DNA from: Bacteroidota bacterium
GTDB taxonomy: Bacteria > Bacteroidota > Bacteroidia > AKYH767-A > OLB10
Direction of reading: 5' to 3'
Assembly (NCBI GenBank): GCA_029547265.1
Contig: JAKPPP010000195.1
Span: forward strand, 795 to 64,794
Length of the DNA: 64,000 nt
In this document: positions 20,885-31,460 of the stretch, in pieces
How the letters are laid out: the number at the start of each line of letters is the position of its first letter
How positions within the stretch are numbered: the first letter of the stretch is position 1
Notes under the pieces: generated by a model
Told to the model about the DNA's origin: nothing
What the model saw: only the letters and a program-made list of their open reading frames with translations
Database searches by the model: none
Made by a program: the position numbers and the translations under genes

Positions 20885-22651
20885 TTACTTACTAAGCCAA
20901 CTTGAAAAGTTCTTTTTAGCTGATTCACTCGCTTTATCAGCATCAGTAATTAGATATTCGACAAATGGAGATTTCGTTAATTTCACTTCAATAGTCCGAA
21001 GGAGTCCTCCCCTATTCACCAATACTTTCATCATATCTCCCGGCTTAAAAGCAGCTACATATTTAGAGATATCGTCAGTAAAGCGATATTGGTCTATACC
21101 CAAAATTTCATCATTCACATTTAATCCTCCAACCCAAGCGGGTGAATTGCGATCAACAGAAGTGATGGAATTTTTTGTATTAACAGCAATGCCTAAATAC
21201 GTTTTTTGAGAATTGGAATTAGCATTAGTGATTTCACAACCTACAGTTTTTAGTGCTGCTGCAAATGGCATCATTTCAACTCCGTAAACATACTTATCGA
21301 AGAATGATTTCATATCACTACCCGCATACTTCGATACCATTTCGATAAATTCTTTGTCTGTATAGCCTCTATTGAGTTTTACGGCATACATATCATACAT
21401 GGCTTTCATCACATCATCGAGTGAAGATTTACCGTTAGAACCGCCCCTAATCATCATATCAAGTACGGCACCAACAGCGGCTCCCTTTGTATAGTAACTT
21501 ACCGTGCTATTATTCGAATTCTCATTAGGACGATAGAATTTAATCCATGCATCAAAACTCGATTCGCTAACCGGTTGCAAAGTCGCACCCAATTGATTCA
21601 TGCAATATGAAAATCCCGATGCTACCTTCTCTAAATACTGTGCATCGCTATAAAATCCGCAACGACGAGTAATCAAATCATCATAGTATGCCGTAAATCC
21701 TTCAGAGACATAAAGCATGTTGGTATAATTCTCGTTATCATAGTCGAATGGACCCAATGCTGAAGGGCGCAATCGTTTCACATTCCATAAATGAAAATAT
21801 TCGTGAGCTACCAAGTTCATAAAGCTTGTATACCCCGACTCAGAACCATAGCCTGTTCGAGAAGTTTGAAGAGTTGTTGAGTTTTTATGTTCTAGTCCAC
21901 CACCGCCCGAACTTAAATTATGTACTATGAATAAATAACGCTTACAAGGATGTGATCCGAAAACTTTGGCACATTCACTGGTAACACGAGCCATATCGGC
22001 TGTTAATTTCTCTGAATTATAGTTTGCATTACCAAACATGGCTACTTCATGAGGCACTCCTGATGAAGTGAATTTTAGTACTTTATGATTCCCGATTTCA
22101 AATGGAGCATCAACCAAATCATCGTAATTATTAGCTTTTACTTTCCATTGATTAGATGCGTCAACTGGATCTAATGCAACAGACATGGTTCGCCAATTAG
22201 AAAAAGGAATGACTTCAACGGTACATGGTACTTGCTTTTGGTTTTTTACAAACATGAAAATACTAGTGCCATTTAAGTAAGCATGGTCTTCATCAATAAA
22301 ACTAGTTCTTACCGATAACTCATATGCATAAACTTTGTAAGAAATTGAAATTTTTCCTTTTGCAGATTTAATTAACCATGAGTTTTTCCTATTACGTACA
22401 ACATCTAAAGATTTGCCACTTTCCCCTTTAGCAGAAAAGGCTTCTACATTCTTAGAAAATTCTCTCACCAAATAAGAACCCGGAGCCCATACAGGCATAT
22501 GCAATTCCAAATCTCCACCTTTACTGTCAACAGTCATCTGAACTGTTACATAATGAGTTTGAGGCTCATCAAAAACAAGCTTAAAGTCTTGAGCAAGACT
22601 AGTGAATGAATAGAAAACAACAAGTAAGCAGATAAACGATTTTTTTAGCAT
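20885..22651 (-). CDS. M61-family glycyl aminopeptidase with a C-terminal PDZ domain
   Basis: 588 aa with a signal peptide. HEYFHLWNVKRLRP is the M61 HExxH motif and the C-terminus is PDZ-like. Confidence 0.8.
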   Translation of the reverse strand: MLKKSFICLLVVFYSFTSLAQDFKLVFDEPQTHYVTVQMTVDSKGGDLELHMPVWAPGSYLVREFSKNVEAFSAKGESGKSLDVVRNRKNSWLIKSAKGKISISYKVYAYELSVRTSFIDEDHAYLNGTSIFMFVKNQKQVPCTVEVIPFSNWRTMSVALDPVDASNQWKVKANNYDDLVDAPFEIGNHKVLKFTSSGVPHEVAMFGNANYNSEKLTADMARVTSECAKVFGSHPCKRYLFIVHNLSSGGGGLEHKNSTTLQTSRTGYGSESGYTSFMNLVAHEYFHLWNVKRLRPSALGPFDYDNENYTNMLYVSEGFTAYYDDLITRRCGFYSDAQYLEKVASGFSYCMNQLGATLQPVSESSFDAWIKFYRPNENSNNSTVSYYTKGAAVGAVLDMMIRGGSNGKSSLDDVMKAMYDMYAVKLNRGYTDKEFIEMVSKYAGSDMKSFFDKYVYGVEMMPFAAALKTVGCEITNANSNSQKTYLGIAVNTKNSITSVDRNSPAWVGGLNVNDEILGIDQYRFTDDISKYVAAFKPGDMMKVLVNRGGLLRTIEVKLTKSPFVEYLITDADKASESAKKNFSSWLSK

Positions 22652-22707
22652 CTGATATAATTTAGAATGCTAAAAATAAAACAATTATCTAATATGAAAG
22701 TGAAAAT

Positions 22708-23070
22708 CTAATTATTAGGTCGTCTTTTCCCGTCTTTAAAAAACAATTTAGACAATCGGTTCTCTGTTAAAAAATAAGTAATTAAAATTGAAATAACTAT
22801 ACTTAAAACAAGTAGTATAAATATTCTTGTTGGATGAGTTGGTAAATAGGTTTCAGTTACTACGAGTAAAATAATTTGAAGAGGAGAAGACAACATTAAA
22901 CATTGTCCGGCATAACCATTCGCATCCATCCATGTTTGTTCACTTCTCATACTATTCTTAGAGCGGTACCCGAAAAAACTACCCATTTCGTTCGGATATA
23001 CACTAATTTTCACTCCTAAACTAAACACAATTAGCACAATGAAAATACAAATCAGCAAAACAATATTCAT
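22708..23070 (-). CDS. SdpI/YhfL-family small membrane protein
   Basis: 120 aa with three to four TM helices. FFGYRSKNSMRSEQTWMDANGYAG matches the SdpI-family core (GYR...W..A). Confidence 0.45.
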   Translation of the reverse strand: MNIVLLICIFIVLIVFSLGVKISVYPNEMGSFFGYRSKNSMRSEQTWMDANGYAGQCLMLSSPLQIILLVVTETYLPTHPTRIFILLVLSIVISILITYFLTENRLSKLFFKDGKRRPNN

Positions 23071-23090
23071 GATATATAAATTGTATAATA

Positions 23091-23720
23091 TTACTTATTA
23101 AATAAAGTTTCTTTTATTTCTTTCTCTGTCATTTCTTTATACCCTTCAGGGATTACGAACAAGTTATCGTTAATTTTTTCTTCTTTCACAGAAATAGCAG
23201 ACATTTTAAAGTTTATCCCTCCATTATTCATGGAAAATTCCATAGGAGCTCCTTCAATTTTATCAAATGTTCCACCCCAATTTCCGCCACCGGTAATACT
23301 TTTGGTAACCCACATAATTATCTTATCATCAGCGCCATTTGATATAATTGCCTTTTGACAATTATATCCTGCAATATTTTTTTTCTCTGAAGTTATTTCA
23401 ACTTTACTCGGTTTTGTTTCTTCACTAACATCTTTTCTAACAGCCGACTTATTGCCCATCACATCAATTAACATGATAATTTCTTTATCGGTACTTATAG
23501 TAATCGTTTTCATACCCATAAGACCTTCGGACTCACTTCTGCTTTTCCCGTTTTTAAAATAGGTTATCGACTCCGTTGGTAAAAATGCCTTCTGTGCTGC
23601 GGGTAGGTCTAAGTCAGGAAAAGATAACGAATACGTAATTTTCCCTTCATTAATTTGAGAGAATAAGTTATGACTTACAGTTATAACAAAAAGAAACACT
23701 AAAAAACAAAAACGACTCAT
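23091..23720 (-). CDS. Hypothetical secreted protein
   Basis: 209 aa with a signal peptide. No motif recognised. It sits head-to-tail with the SdpI-like gene. Confidence 0.4.
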   Translation of the reverse strand: MSRFCFLVFLFVITVSHNLFSQINEGKITYSLSFPDLDLPAAQKAFLPTESITYFKNGKSRSESEGLMGMKTITISTDKEIIMLIDVMGNKSAVRKDVSEETKPSKVEITSEKKNIAGYNCQKAIISNGADDKIIMWVTKSITGGGNWGGTFDKIEGAPMEFSMNNGGINFKMSAISVKEEKINDNLFVIPEGYKEMTEKEIKETLFNK

Positions 23721-23819
23721 GAATTAAAAACTAATTTTTTGCTAAGTTAAAAATTATTCGGAGTACTGCAAAAATCAATATAAAATTTGTAGGTTTATCC
23801 CCATAAAATACATGATATT

Positions 23820-26000
23820 ATGAATATATCTAATTTAAGAAACCTTTGTGGAATAATATTGCTTTCCATATCTACTGTACAGGCTCAGCAAGGGGCAATT
23901 CAATTGGAGGACATTTGGGGTAGTCCGAAATTATTTGCCAAAACAGAAGGCGGCTTTAGTTCGATGAAAAACGGAGATTTCTATACCAACACCGCAATTG
24001 GATCGACAGGTACATATATTGTTAAATACTCATTTGCTACCGGAAAGGCTATTGACACCCTGGTAAAACCTAACCAATTGATCAGCGGTAAAGATACCGT
24101 CGACTTCGTAAATTACACCTTTAGTCCCGATGAAAACTTGGTTTTACTATCGGCCAATACCGAAGCCATTTACCGTCATTCAAGCCGTTCCGACTACTAT
24201 GTTTTAAACAGAACGACGGGAAATATTCGCAAGATCTCTCAAAATGGCAAAATGATGTATTGCACATTTTCGCCTAAAAACGACAAATTGGCATATGTGA
24301 GAGATAATAACCTGTATTACTTCACTTTGTCAGATGGTAAGGAAACTGCGATCACAAACGATGGTAAGAAGAATGAGATTATTAATGGTGCAACTGACTG
24401 GGTGTATGAAGAAGAATTTAGTATGGATGTAGCCTTTCAATGGTCGCCCGACGGACAAAAAATTGCTTTTTACAAATTCGATGAAAGCAAAGTAAAAGAA
24501 TTCAATTTGACATACTATGGAGATCTTTATCCACGTGAAGAAAAATATAAATACCCGAAAGCCGGTGAAGATAATTCTAAGGTAGATATCTATATTACAA
24601 ATTTAGCTTCAGGCAAAACGATTAAAGCTGAGACAGGTTCGGAGCGTGAATATATTCCTCGTATTCAATGGACAAAAGACGCCAACACTTTAAGCATTCA
24701 GCGAAGTAATCGCCACCAAAATGTTTTGGAATTATTACTCTGCAATGCAACTAACGGTTCATCGAAAGTAGTCTTGAAAGAAGAAAATAAATCATTCATT
24801 GAAATCACTGATGATCTAACATTTTTATCGAATGGCAAGCAATTTATATGGACCTCAGCGCGCGATGGATACAACCATATTTACTTATACAATCTCGATG
24901 GAACGCAAGTAAAACAAATTACATCAGGTAAATTCGAGATAACACATTACTACGGATTTGATGAAGGTTCAGGAACGTTTTACTATCAAAGTACCGAGAT
25001 GAGTCCGACTGAAAAAAATATCTATTCAATCACTTTAACAGGAAAGAAAACTAATTTAACACCTTCGAGAGGGGTTCACAATGCAGAATTCAGTGAAGGA
25101 TGCAAATATTTTGTTGACACATATTCATCCTTCGGGAATCCGTTTACATGTACTGTTGTAAGTAACAAAGGAAAAACGTTAAGGACATTAGAAGACAACC
25201 GCGATATGCGCGCAGAAATGCAAAAATTCCGCTTCGGGAAATATCGTTTCTTCTCCTTTAAAACATCTGATCAAACAGAATTATTGGGTTGGATGATTTT
25301 ACCTCCTGATTTCGACAGCACAAAAACTTATCCGGTTTTATTCAATGTTTATGGTGGTCCGGGAGTACAAACTGTTACAAACGATTGGGACGGCCCTAAC
25401 TATTTATGGCATCAATTATTGGCACAAAGAGGATATATCATCGTAAGTGTAGACAATAGAGGAACACCGGGACGTGGTATTGATTTTGCTAACTGCATTT
25501 ACAAAGACATGGGTAAATTAGAAGTAGAAGACCAAGTTTCTGCTGCGAACTACCTAAAGAGTTTGCCATACGTGAACAAAGACCGAGTTGGAGTTTGGGG
25601 ATGGAGCTTCGGAGGATATATGACCTCATTATTGATGACCAAAGTAAATACGGTCTATAAAACAGGTATCGCTGTAGCACCGGTAATCAACTGGAGATAT
25701 TACGACAATATTTATACCGAGCGATATTTGCAGACTCCTCAAGAAAATGCAGATGGATATGACAAGAACTCCCCTATTACCTACGCAAAACAACTTAAAG
25801 GAAACTTCATGTTGATTCACGGTTCGGCTGATGATAATGTACACATGCAAAACTCGATGGACTTCGTGAATGCCCTTGTGAAGAACAACAAACAATTCGA
25901 TTACTTCATCTACCCTAACCGTAACCACGGAATTAGTGGAGGAGGTGCACGATTACATCTTTATACAAAAATGACTAACTTTATCCTCAATAATTTATAA
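23820..26000 (+). CDS. S9-family dipeptidyl peptidase IV-like serine peptidase
   Basis: 726 aa with a signal peptide. An N-terminal beta-propeller is followed by GWSFGGYM (catalytic Ser) and downstream D and H residues. Confidence 0.9.
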   Translation: MNISNLRNLCGIILLSISTVQAQQGAIQLEDIWGSPKLFAKTEGGFSSMKNGDFYTNTAIGSTGTYIVKYSFATGKAIDTLVKPNQLISGKDTVDFVNYTFSPDENLVLLSANTEAIYRHSSRSDYYVLNRTTGNIRKISQNGKMMYCTFSPKNDKLAYVRDNNLYYFTLSDGKETAITNDGKKNEIINGATDWVYEEEFSMDVAFQWSPDGQKIAFYKFDESKVKEFNLTYYGDLYPREEKYKYPKAGEDNSKVDIYITNLASGKTIKAETGSEREYIPRIQWTKDANTLSIQRSNRHQNVLELLLCNATNGSSKVVLKEENKSFIEITDDLTFLSNGKQFIWTSARDGYNHIYLYNLDGTQVKQITSGKFEITHYYGFDEGSGTFYYQSTEMSPTEKNIYSITLTGKKTNLTPSRGVHNAEFSEGCKYFVDTYSSFGNPFTCTVVSNKGKTLRTLEDNRDMRAEMQKFRFGKYRFFSFKTSDQTELLGWMILPPDFDSTKTYPVLFNVYGGPGVQTVTNDWDGPNYLWHQLLAQRGYIIVSVDNRGTPGRGIDFANCIYKDMGKLEVEDQVSAANYLKSLPYVNKDRVGVWGWSFGGYMTSLLMTKVNTVYKTGIAVAPVINWRYYDNIYTERYLQTPQENADGYDKNSPITYAKQLKGNFMLIHGSADDNVHMQNSMDFVNALVKNNKQFDYFIYPNRNHGISGGGARLHLYTKMTNFILNNL

Positions 26001-26014
26001 TAACAAAGAATAAT

Positions 26015-26713
26015 ATGTCACAAGAATTCACCGAACAACAATTAGCCATAGCTACGGCACAGACCCGTTTCATGGCAAAAGTATTCAGCTGGATGACGCT
26101 TGCACTAATCATTACAGGCGGAATATCATTCCTAATATCAGGAAATATTGAAATCATGAATTTGATTTTCAGTAACTCAATGGTTGTAATTGGATTATTT
26201 ATTGCTCAAATTCTATCTGTAGGATCATTAGCTATTTTCGTTAATAAGCTTTCAGCTGCTGTTGCGACGTTCATATTTGTTCTTTATGCTACTTTAACAG
26301 GAATAACACTTTCTACAATATTCATCGTTTACACCTCCGCTTCTATCGCATCAACCTTCTTTATTACCGGTGCAACTTTTGGAGTAATGGCTGTTTTAGG
26401 ATTTGTTACAGGACGCGACTTAAGTAAACTCGGATCAATTTTAATGATGGCTTTAATCGGAATGGTAATCGCATCAATTGCTAATTGGTTCATGAAAAGC
26501 GAAACTATCTATTGGATCACGACTTATGCAGGAATTTTAATCTTCACCGGATTAATTGCATATGACACTCAAAAAATCAAAGGATACGCAGTAATTTCAC
26601 CAGATGATGAAGAGAACTACCAAAAAGCATCGATTATGGGAGCACTTTCTTTATACCTTGACTTCATCAACATTTTCTTATTATTGTTGAGATTATTCGG
26701 TAGAAGGAAATAA
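26015..26713 (+). CDS. Bax inhibitor-1/YccA-family membrane protein
   Basis: 232 aa with seven TM helices and BI-1 family composition. Confidence 0.8.
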   Translation: MSQEFTEQQLAIATAQTRFMAKVFSWMTLALIITGGISFLISGNIEIMNLIFSNSMVVIGLFIAQILSVGSLAIFVNKLSAAVATFIFVLYATLTGITLSTIFIVYTSASIASTFFITGATFGVMAVLGFVTGRDLSKLGSILMMALIGMVIASIANWFMKSETIYWITTYAGILIFTGLIAYDTQKIKGYAVISPDDEENYQKASIMGALSLYLDFINIFLLLLRLFGRRK

Positions 26714-26725
26714 TTACTTTATCAA

Positions 26726-26768
26726 TAAAAAAAACACCGCTGAAGAATCATATCAGCGGTGTTTTTTA
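26726..26768. terminator. Bidirectional terminator between convergent genes
   Basis: Stem aacaccgctga / tcagcggtgtt with an A8 run before and a T6 run after. Confidence 0.75.
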
Positions 26769-27416
26769 TTTATCCTCAACCCACAGTGGATTAGGCAAGC
26801 GTATACCTAAATAAATCGATACTAAGCGAAGAACAACAATAAATGTGGCACCTAATACAAAACCGATAAATGCGGCCTTGAAAAGCATCCAAATAGCCAA
26901 AAACAACCAACAGCCGGCGAACGAAGCTACCGCATATAATCCACCTGAAGGGCGAAAAATCACCGGCATCTCGTTGTTCACGATATCTCGAAATACTCCT
27001 CCTGCTACTCCGGTAATTACTCCCATTAAAGATGCAGGGAAAATTGGCAATCCCGAATTCAATGCAGCTACCAATCCCGCCATTGAAAATAATCCTAGAC
27101 CGATTGCTTCAACAGTATTGGTTCGGCGATGCATCTTCTTAGCTAATCGATGAAACAACGGAATATAAACAAACGCAATTGTAATAACTAATACCACTAT
27201 CAGGTATTCTTCGTGTTCAACCCAGAAAAAAGGTCGACGGTTGAGTAAAACATCTCGCAAGGTTCCTCCTCCAAAGGCTACAATTAAGGCCAAACTATAC
27301 GCACCAACGATATCCATTTTCTTCTCAGCTGCATTGATCATTCCTGACAAAGCTGAAACCACAACCGCAGCTGCTTCAATATAACTTACCAGCATAGCAA
27401 CAAAATTTAAACGCAA
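26766..27416 (-). CDS. Trimeric intracellular cation channel (TRIC/UPF0126, YadS-like) family protein
   Basis: 216 aa with two glycine-rich UPF0126 repeats (GGTLRDVLL / GGVFRDIV). Confidence 0.75.
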   Translation of the reverse strand: MRLNFVAMLVSYIEAAAVVVSALSGMINAAEKKMDIVGAYSLALIVAFGGGTLRDVLLNRRPFFWVEHEEYLIVVLVITIAFVYIPLFHRLAKKMHRRTNTVEAIGLGLFSMAGLVAALNSGLPIFPASLMGVITGVAGGVFRDIVNNEMPVIFRPSGGLYAVASFAGCWLFLAIWMLFKAAFIGFVLGATFIVVLRLVSIYLGIRLPNPLWVEDK

Positions 27417-27504
27417 AGTTAGGTTAATAATGAATCTATTTTCAAAGGAATATGGAGATAGGCTATCAATTAACTACTTTCGCATTATCTAAGATATCAA
27501 TTTC

Positions 27505-27990
27505 ATGAAAAAAACAAATTTGTATATCGCTATCTTGCTCTGTTTAATTTATCATAGCGGATTTGCTCAAAATCAAATTCCGGCAGGATTGAAAAAAATT
27601 GAGGGCAGCTGGGTAGGAATAAGTGGTCAAACAAAAGTACTCGAAAGTTGGATGTTTGTAAATCCTCATTTAATGTATGGCAGCGGTGCAATAATAAATG
27701 AAAAAGGAGATACAATACAAACTGAATCTCTTAAGATATCAATTGTTCGAGGAATGACATTTTACATTCCTTCATTAAGGGTAAATGGTAAAATAAAATC
27801 AACACCTTTTATGCTTGAAAAGGAAGAAGATTCATATTGGAGGTTTACCAATAACACTCACGATTTCCCGAAAACTATAGAATATTGGCTTACCGATATA
27901 AATCATATGAAAGCGAGTGTCAGTGGGCCGGATGAAAACGGAGGAACAAAAACTATTGAATTCATTTTTGAGCGATTCAAAAAGCAATAA
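27505..27990 (+). CDS. Hypothetical secreted protein
   Basis: 161 aa with a signal peptide and no recognisable motif. Confidence 0.35.
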   Translation: MKKTNLYIAILLCLIYHSGFAQNQIPAGLKKIEGSWVGISGQTKVLESWMFVNPHLMYGSGAIINEKGDTIQTESLKISIVRGMTFYIPSLRVNGKIKSTPFMLEKEEDSYWRFTNNTHDFPKTIEYWLTDINHMKASVSGPDENGGTKTIEFIFERFKKQ

Positions 27991-28025
27991 AAAAAGGTCT
28001 CGTAAATATTTAACGAGACCTTTTC
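27988..28025. terminator. Bidirectional terminator between convergent genes
   Basis: Stem ggtctcgt / acgagacc flanked by A- and T-runs. Confidence 0.65.
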
Positions 28026-28042
28026 ATTTGATTAAAATTTTT

Positions 28043-30265
28043 CTAGAATATTCCTTTCAACGAAACAAATACATTTCTTCCCGGTGCATTAATTCCGCTG
28101 GCAAATGTACGATATTGGATATCGAAAATATTATCGACTCCTGCTTGAATAGAGATGCCTTTGTAAATTTGATATCCCGCTCTCAAGTTCATAGTAAACC
28201 AAGCTGGCATTCCCATGTCAGTAGCATATTGCTCATTATCTTCCCCTCCTAAAGAGTAATTCTTCAACAATTTTGCTCCGCTGAAATTGACAAAGAAATC
28301 AGCATTGAATTTATTGTTTGTATAACTGAACGAAGTGCGGGCCATGAACGGAGGAATATGATCGAGTGGCGAATCAGATGAATCTGTTTTCACTCTTCCA
28401 TACGTGTAACTTAACCCCAACGTCATCATAAAATGATCATCAAGTTTACTAATGAAGTTCGATGAGAATCCGAAAACATACGCATTGTCCTTATTCTGAT
28501 TCGCATATACTCTACTCATTGTTCCGTCATACATCAATGAATCACTTCCGTTATATGTGAATGTATCAACAACTGTAATATCTTTAAATGTGGTATAGTA
28601 AACTGTGTTTTCCCAACGTGAATTACCATTAAATATTTTTGTAATTCCTAACTCATAGTTGATAGTTTTCTCAGGTTTCAAATCGACATTCGGAACGATT
28701 ACTACACCGGGTGAAGAACCAAATATTTTCGACATATCATCGACATTCGGCACTCTGAATCCTGTTGATAATAATAACGATAATTTGAGGTCGTCAGAAG
28801 GTGAATGAATCAACCCTATACTACCTGAAACAACTGGTGTTTTTTGATCGATTTCAGTGTAAGGCAAATGGAATAACAATGCAGTGTCAACTAAAGTTGA
28901 GTGTAATGTTGAATAGCCCCCACGAATTCCGTCGGTTAAAGTTAATTGATCATTGATCGTCCATGTATGAGAGAAATAAAGAGCATAGTTATTCATGTTA
29001 TTCTTCCCGTCAGGATAACGTGTATCTAAATTAACCGTTGATCCATCTTCGATATTCTCTTTGTTCGCTGCTGACTTCAAATTATTAAACTGAGCATCGA
29101 GCCCAAAACGAATTACATGGTTTTTAGTTGATCGCTGTAAATCAAGATTTGCTCCAACTACACCGACTTTTTCGATTCTGTTGCTACGGTTTTTACTTCC
29201 GAATCCTCTGCTATGTCGGCTTTCTTCCAACGCTTGGTAATTTAATCCAAAATGAATTTGCTGAAACAACGAAGCTTCATTTTTAATATTAAGATCATAT
29301 GCGGTTAACAAACGACTTTGTGGACCATAATACCATTCAGCTGAATTTAATCCGGTTCCCTTTGGATCCGTCAAACGATCATAACGAGGAACATCAGTAG
29401 AATTAGAATACTGAATATTTAGTCCGTGGCTGATATGTTCATTCTGTTGAAACAATAACTTCTCTACTAAATCATATTGAGAATATCCGCTTCCAACCTG
29501 GAGATAACGATCGCTATTTTTAATTAATGAATCAACGCCATTAATATGTTCAACATAATACGGACGTTCGCCATAAGAACCATTGTAAAAAGGATTTTGG
29601 TTTTTACCTCCCATCAAATCATCGAAAGTTGAATATGTAAACGAAGTCATCGATGCGAGTTTTTTCCCTCCATAATTGAAATCAATATGTGAAGTAGATT
29701 CATTATTCACTGAACCGTAACGCGTAAATACGTTTAATTTCAAATTTGGTTTTCCATCAACACCGGCTAACATTGGCTTTTTAGTGTAAAAATGAATCAC
29801 ACCACCCAATGCATCACTCCCATATATAGTAGACGATGGGCCATAAAGTATTTCGACACGATCTAACGAATTATTATCGGTTTTAATAATATCTTGTAAG
29901 TGACCTGCGCGATAGATTAAATTATTCAAACGAACTCCATCAATTACCAATCCGATTCGACTGGCTTCGAATCCGCGTAAAGTTGGACTACCTCCACCCA
30001 GTTGACTCATTTGCACTTGCAGGCCTTGCTTAGATAGCAAATCGGCAGTAGATTGTGCATGCGAATTTTCAATATCAGAAGAAGTTAAAACCTTTACTTC
30101 CTGAGCAACAGTTTTACGAGACTCTTCGGTTTTATTCACTGAAATAATGACCTCTTTTAAAGAGACTTTTTTCGACACAGCAGTATCGATATTTAAAGAT
30201 TGTGCATAAGAAGCACAAGCTATAGAACTAAGTAATATAGAACTTAAGAATGTATTTTTTTTCAT
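28043..30265 (-). CDS. TonB-dependent outer membrane receptor
   Basis: 740 aa with a signal peptide, a plug domain and a TonB-box-like N-terminus, a 22-strand barrel composition and a C-terminal F. Confidence 0.85.
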   Translation of the reverse strand: MKKNTFLSSILLSSIACASYAQSLNIDTAVSKKVSLKEVIISVNKTEESRKTVAQEVKVLTSSDIENSHAQSTADLLSKQGLQVQMSQLGGGSPTLRGFEASRIGLVIDGVRLNNLIYRAGHLQDIIKTDNNSLDRVEILYGPSSTIYGSDALGGVIHFYTKKPMLAGVDGKPNLKLNVFTRYGSVNNESTSHIDFNYGGKKLASMTSFTYSTFDDLMGGKNQNPFYNGSYGERPYYVEHINGVDSLIKNSDRYLQVGSGYSQYDLVEKLLFQQNEHISHGLNIQYSNSTDVPRYDRLTDPKGTGLNSAEWYYGPQSRLLTAYDLNIKNEASLFQQIHFGLNYQALEESRHSRGFGSKNRSNRIEKVGVVGANLDLQRSTKNHVIRFGLDAQFNNLKSAANKENIEDGSTVNLDTRYPDGKNNMNNYALYFSHTWTINDQLTLTDGIRGGYSTLHSTLVDTALLFHLPYTEIDQKTPVVSGSIGLIHSPSDDLKLSLLLSTGFRVPNVDDMSKIFGSSPGVVIVPNVDLKPEKTINYELGITKIFNGNSRWENTVYYTTFKDITVVDTFTYNGSDSLMYDGTMSRVYANQNKDNAYVFGFSSNFISKLDDHFMMTLGLSYTYGRVKTDSSDSPLDHIPPFMARTSFSYTNNKFNADFFVNFSGAKLLKNYSLGGEDNEQYATDMGMPAWFTMNLRAGYQIYKGISIQAGVDNIFDIQYRTFASGINAPGRNVFVSLKGIF

Positions 30266-30330
30266 AGTGATTTTTTAATCAGACATAATAGACCATCACT
30301 TCGTTTACACGAAGTGAGCAAAGCAGTATA

Positions 30331-30843
30331 TTAAGCGATTAACTGAGGAGGAGGAGTAAAAACCTCAGAAGAGGGACAAGAGAAAAATATTTCACTTCGC
30401 AATTCATATAATTCACATGAAAATGAATTAAAAATATAACTAGCATAAGAAGCGCCAATAAAACTTAAAGAAAACAAATGCACGCTAGTATCGGGAAGAG
30501 ACTTATTACTTCGGCAATTCCGTCGAATGAAGTTTTTAATTTCATTAACCACATTATCTTCCTTCTCATCAAAAACAACACTTAGAACAACTTTATTATG
30601 AATAATGGCTTCACTTTGAATATCAAATAATTTTCCGTCAATAAGAATCTCTCCTTTTTCGATCAAAGCTTCTTGATAATCGGCTTTTGATAAAATTATC
30701 TGCTCATAAGCTACTTCCCCCCGATTCATTTGCGCATGAATTTCCGATTTAAGAGCTTGCTGCTGAAAAAGTAATAATAGCATAAATCCGCCTCCTTGTA
30801 GAAGGAGAATCACCAATAAGATGCCGGACAATGACTTTTTCAA
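30331..30843 (-). CDS. Hypothetical membrane-anchored protein, co-directional and immediately upstream of the TonB-dependent receptor
   Basis: 170 aa. MKKSLSGILLVILLL is a signal-anchor. The C-terminal region is Cys-containing. Confidence 0.4.
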   Translation of the reverse strand: MKKSLSGILLVILLLQGGGFMLLLLFQQQALKSEIHAQMNRGEVAYEQIILSKADYQEALIEKGEILIDGKLFDIQSEAIIHNKVVLSVVFDEKEDNVVNEIKNFIRRNCRSNKSLPDTSVHLFSLSFIGASYASYIFNSFSCELYELRSEIFFSCPSSEVFTPPPQLIA

Positions 30844-30966
30844 ATACTTTGACTGTTAATAAGTAATATGGCTATAAATGAATAAACTAATATCATTAAC
30901 TGTTGGAATGCGAAAATAAACAGCAGTACAAATCTAAAAAAAGAAATCGAATCTTACTTTTGCATT

Positions 30967-31458
30967 ATGCAATCTACTGCTTACATTTTATCGGGAAGTA
31001 ATCTTGGCGACAGGATGAAAATGCTGTTAGATGCAGAAGACTTAATTGAGAAGTATGCCGGCATAATTTCAGCTGAATCAAAAGTTTATGAAACCGCAGC
31101 TTGGGGAAACACCAACCAATCATCTTTTCTGAACAAAGTAATTAGAATTTCTACCCCCCACTCGCCAGAAGCATTGTTAAATATATTATTGGAAGCAGAG
31201 TTAAAATTGGGGAGAATTAGGGACGAGAAATGGGGCCCTAGAACAATAGATCTCGATATCCTGTATTACAACAATGAAATCATTAAATCCGCCATCCTAA
31301 CTATTCCACATCCAGAAATCGGTAATCGACGATTTACATTAGTGCCATTATGTGATATTGCTGCCGAATATATTCATCCGATAGTAAAGAAAAACAATAA
31401 TGAATTATTAAATCAATGCAGCGATCAGAGTGAAGTAAAGCTATTTAGTCAACCGTAA
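30967..31458 (+). CDS. folK: 2-amino-4-hydroxy-6-hydroxymethyldihydropteridine pyrophosphokinase (HPPK)
   Basis: 163 aa with the HPPK hallmarks GPRTIDLDIL and WGP. Confidence 0.85.
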   Translation: MQSTAYILSGSNLGDRMKMLLDAEDLIEKYAGIISAESKVYETAAWGNTNQSSFLNKVIRISTPHSPEALLNILLEAELKLGRIRDEKWGPRTIDLDILYYNNEIIKSAILTIPHPEIGNRRFTLVPLCDIAAEYIHPIVKKNNNELLNQCSDQSEVKLFSQP

Positions 31459-31460
31459 CC

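Noticed and set aside
30266-30966. Possible cobalamin or other riboswitch in a long leader of the TonB-dependent receptor
   Set aside because: No B12-box (GCCACTG-like) or other riboswitch core is visible. The space is occupied by a credible 170-aa ORF with an MKK signal-anchor start.
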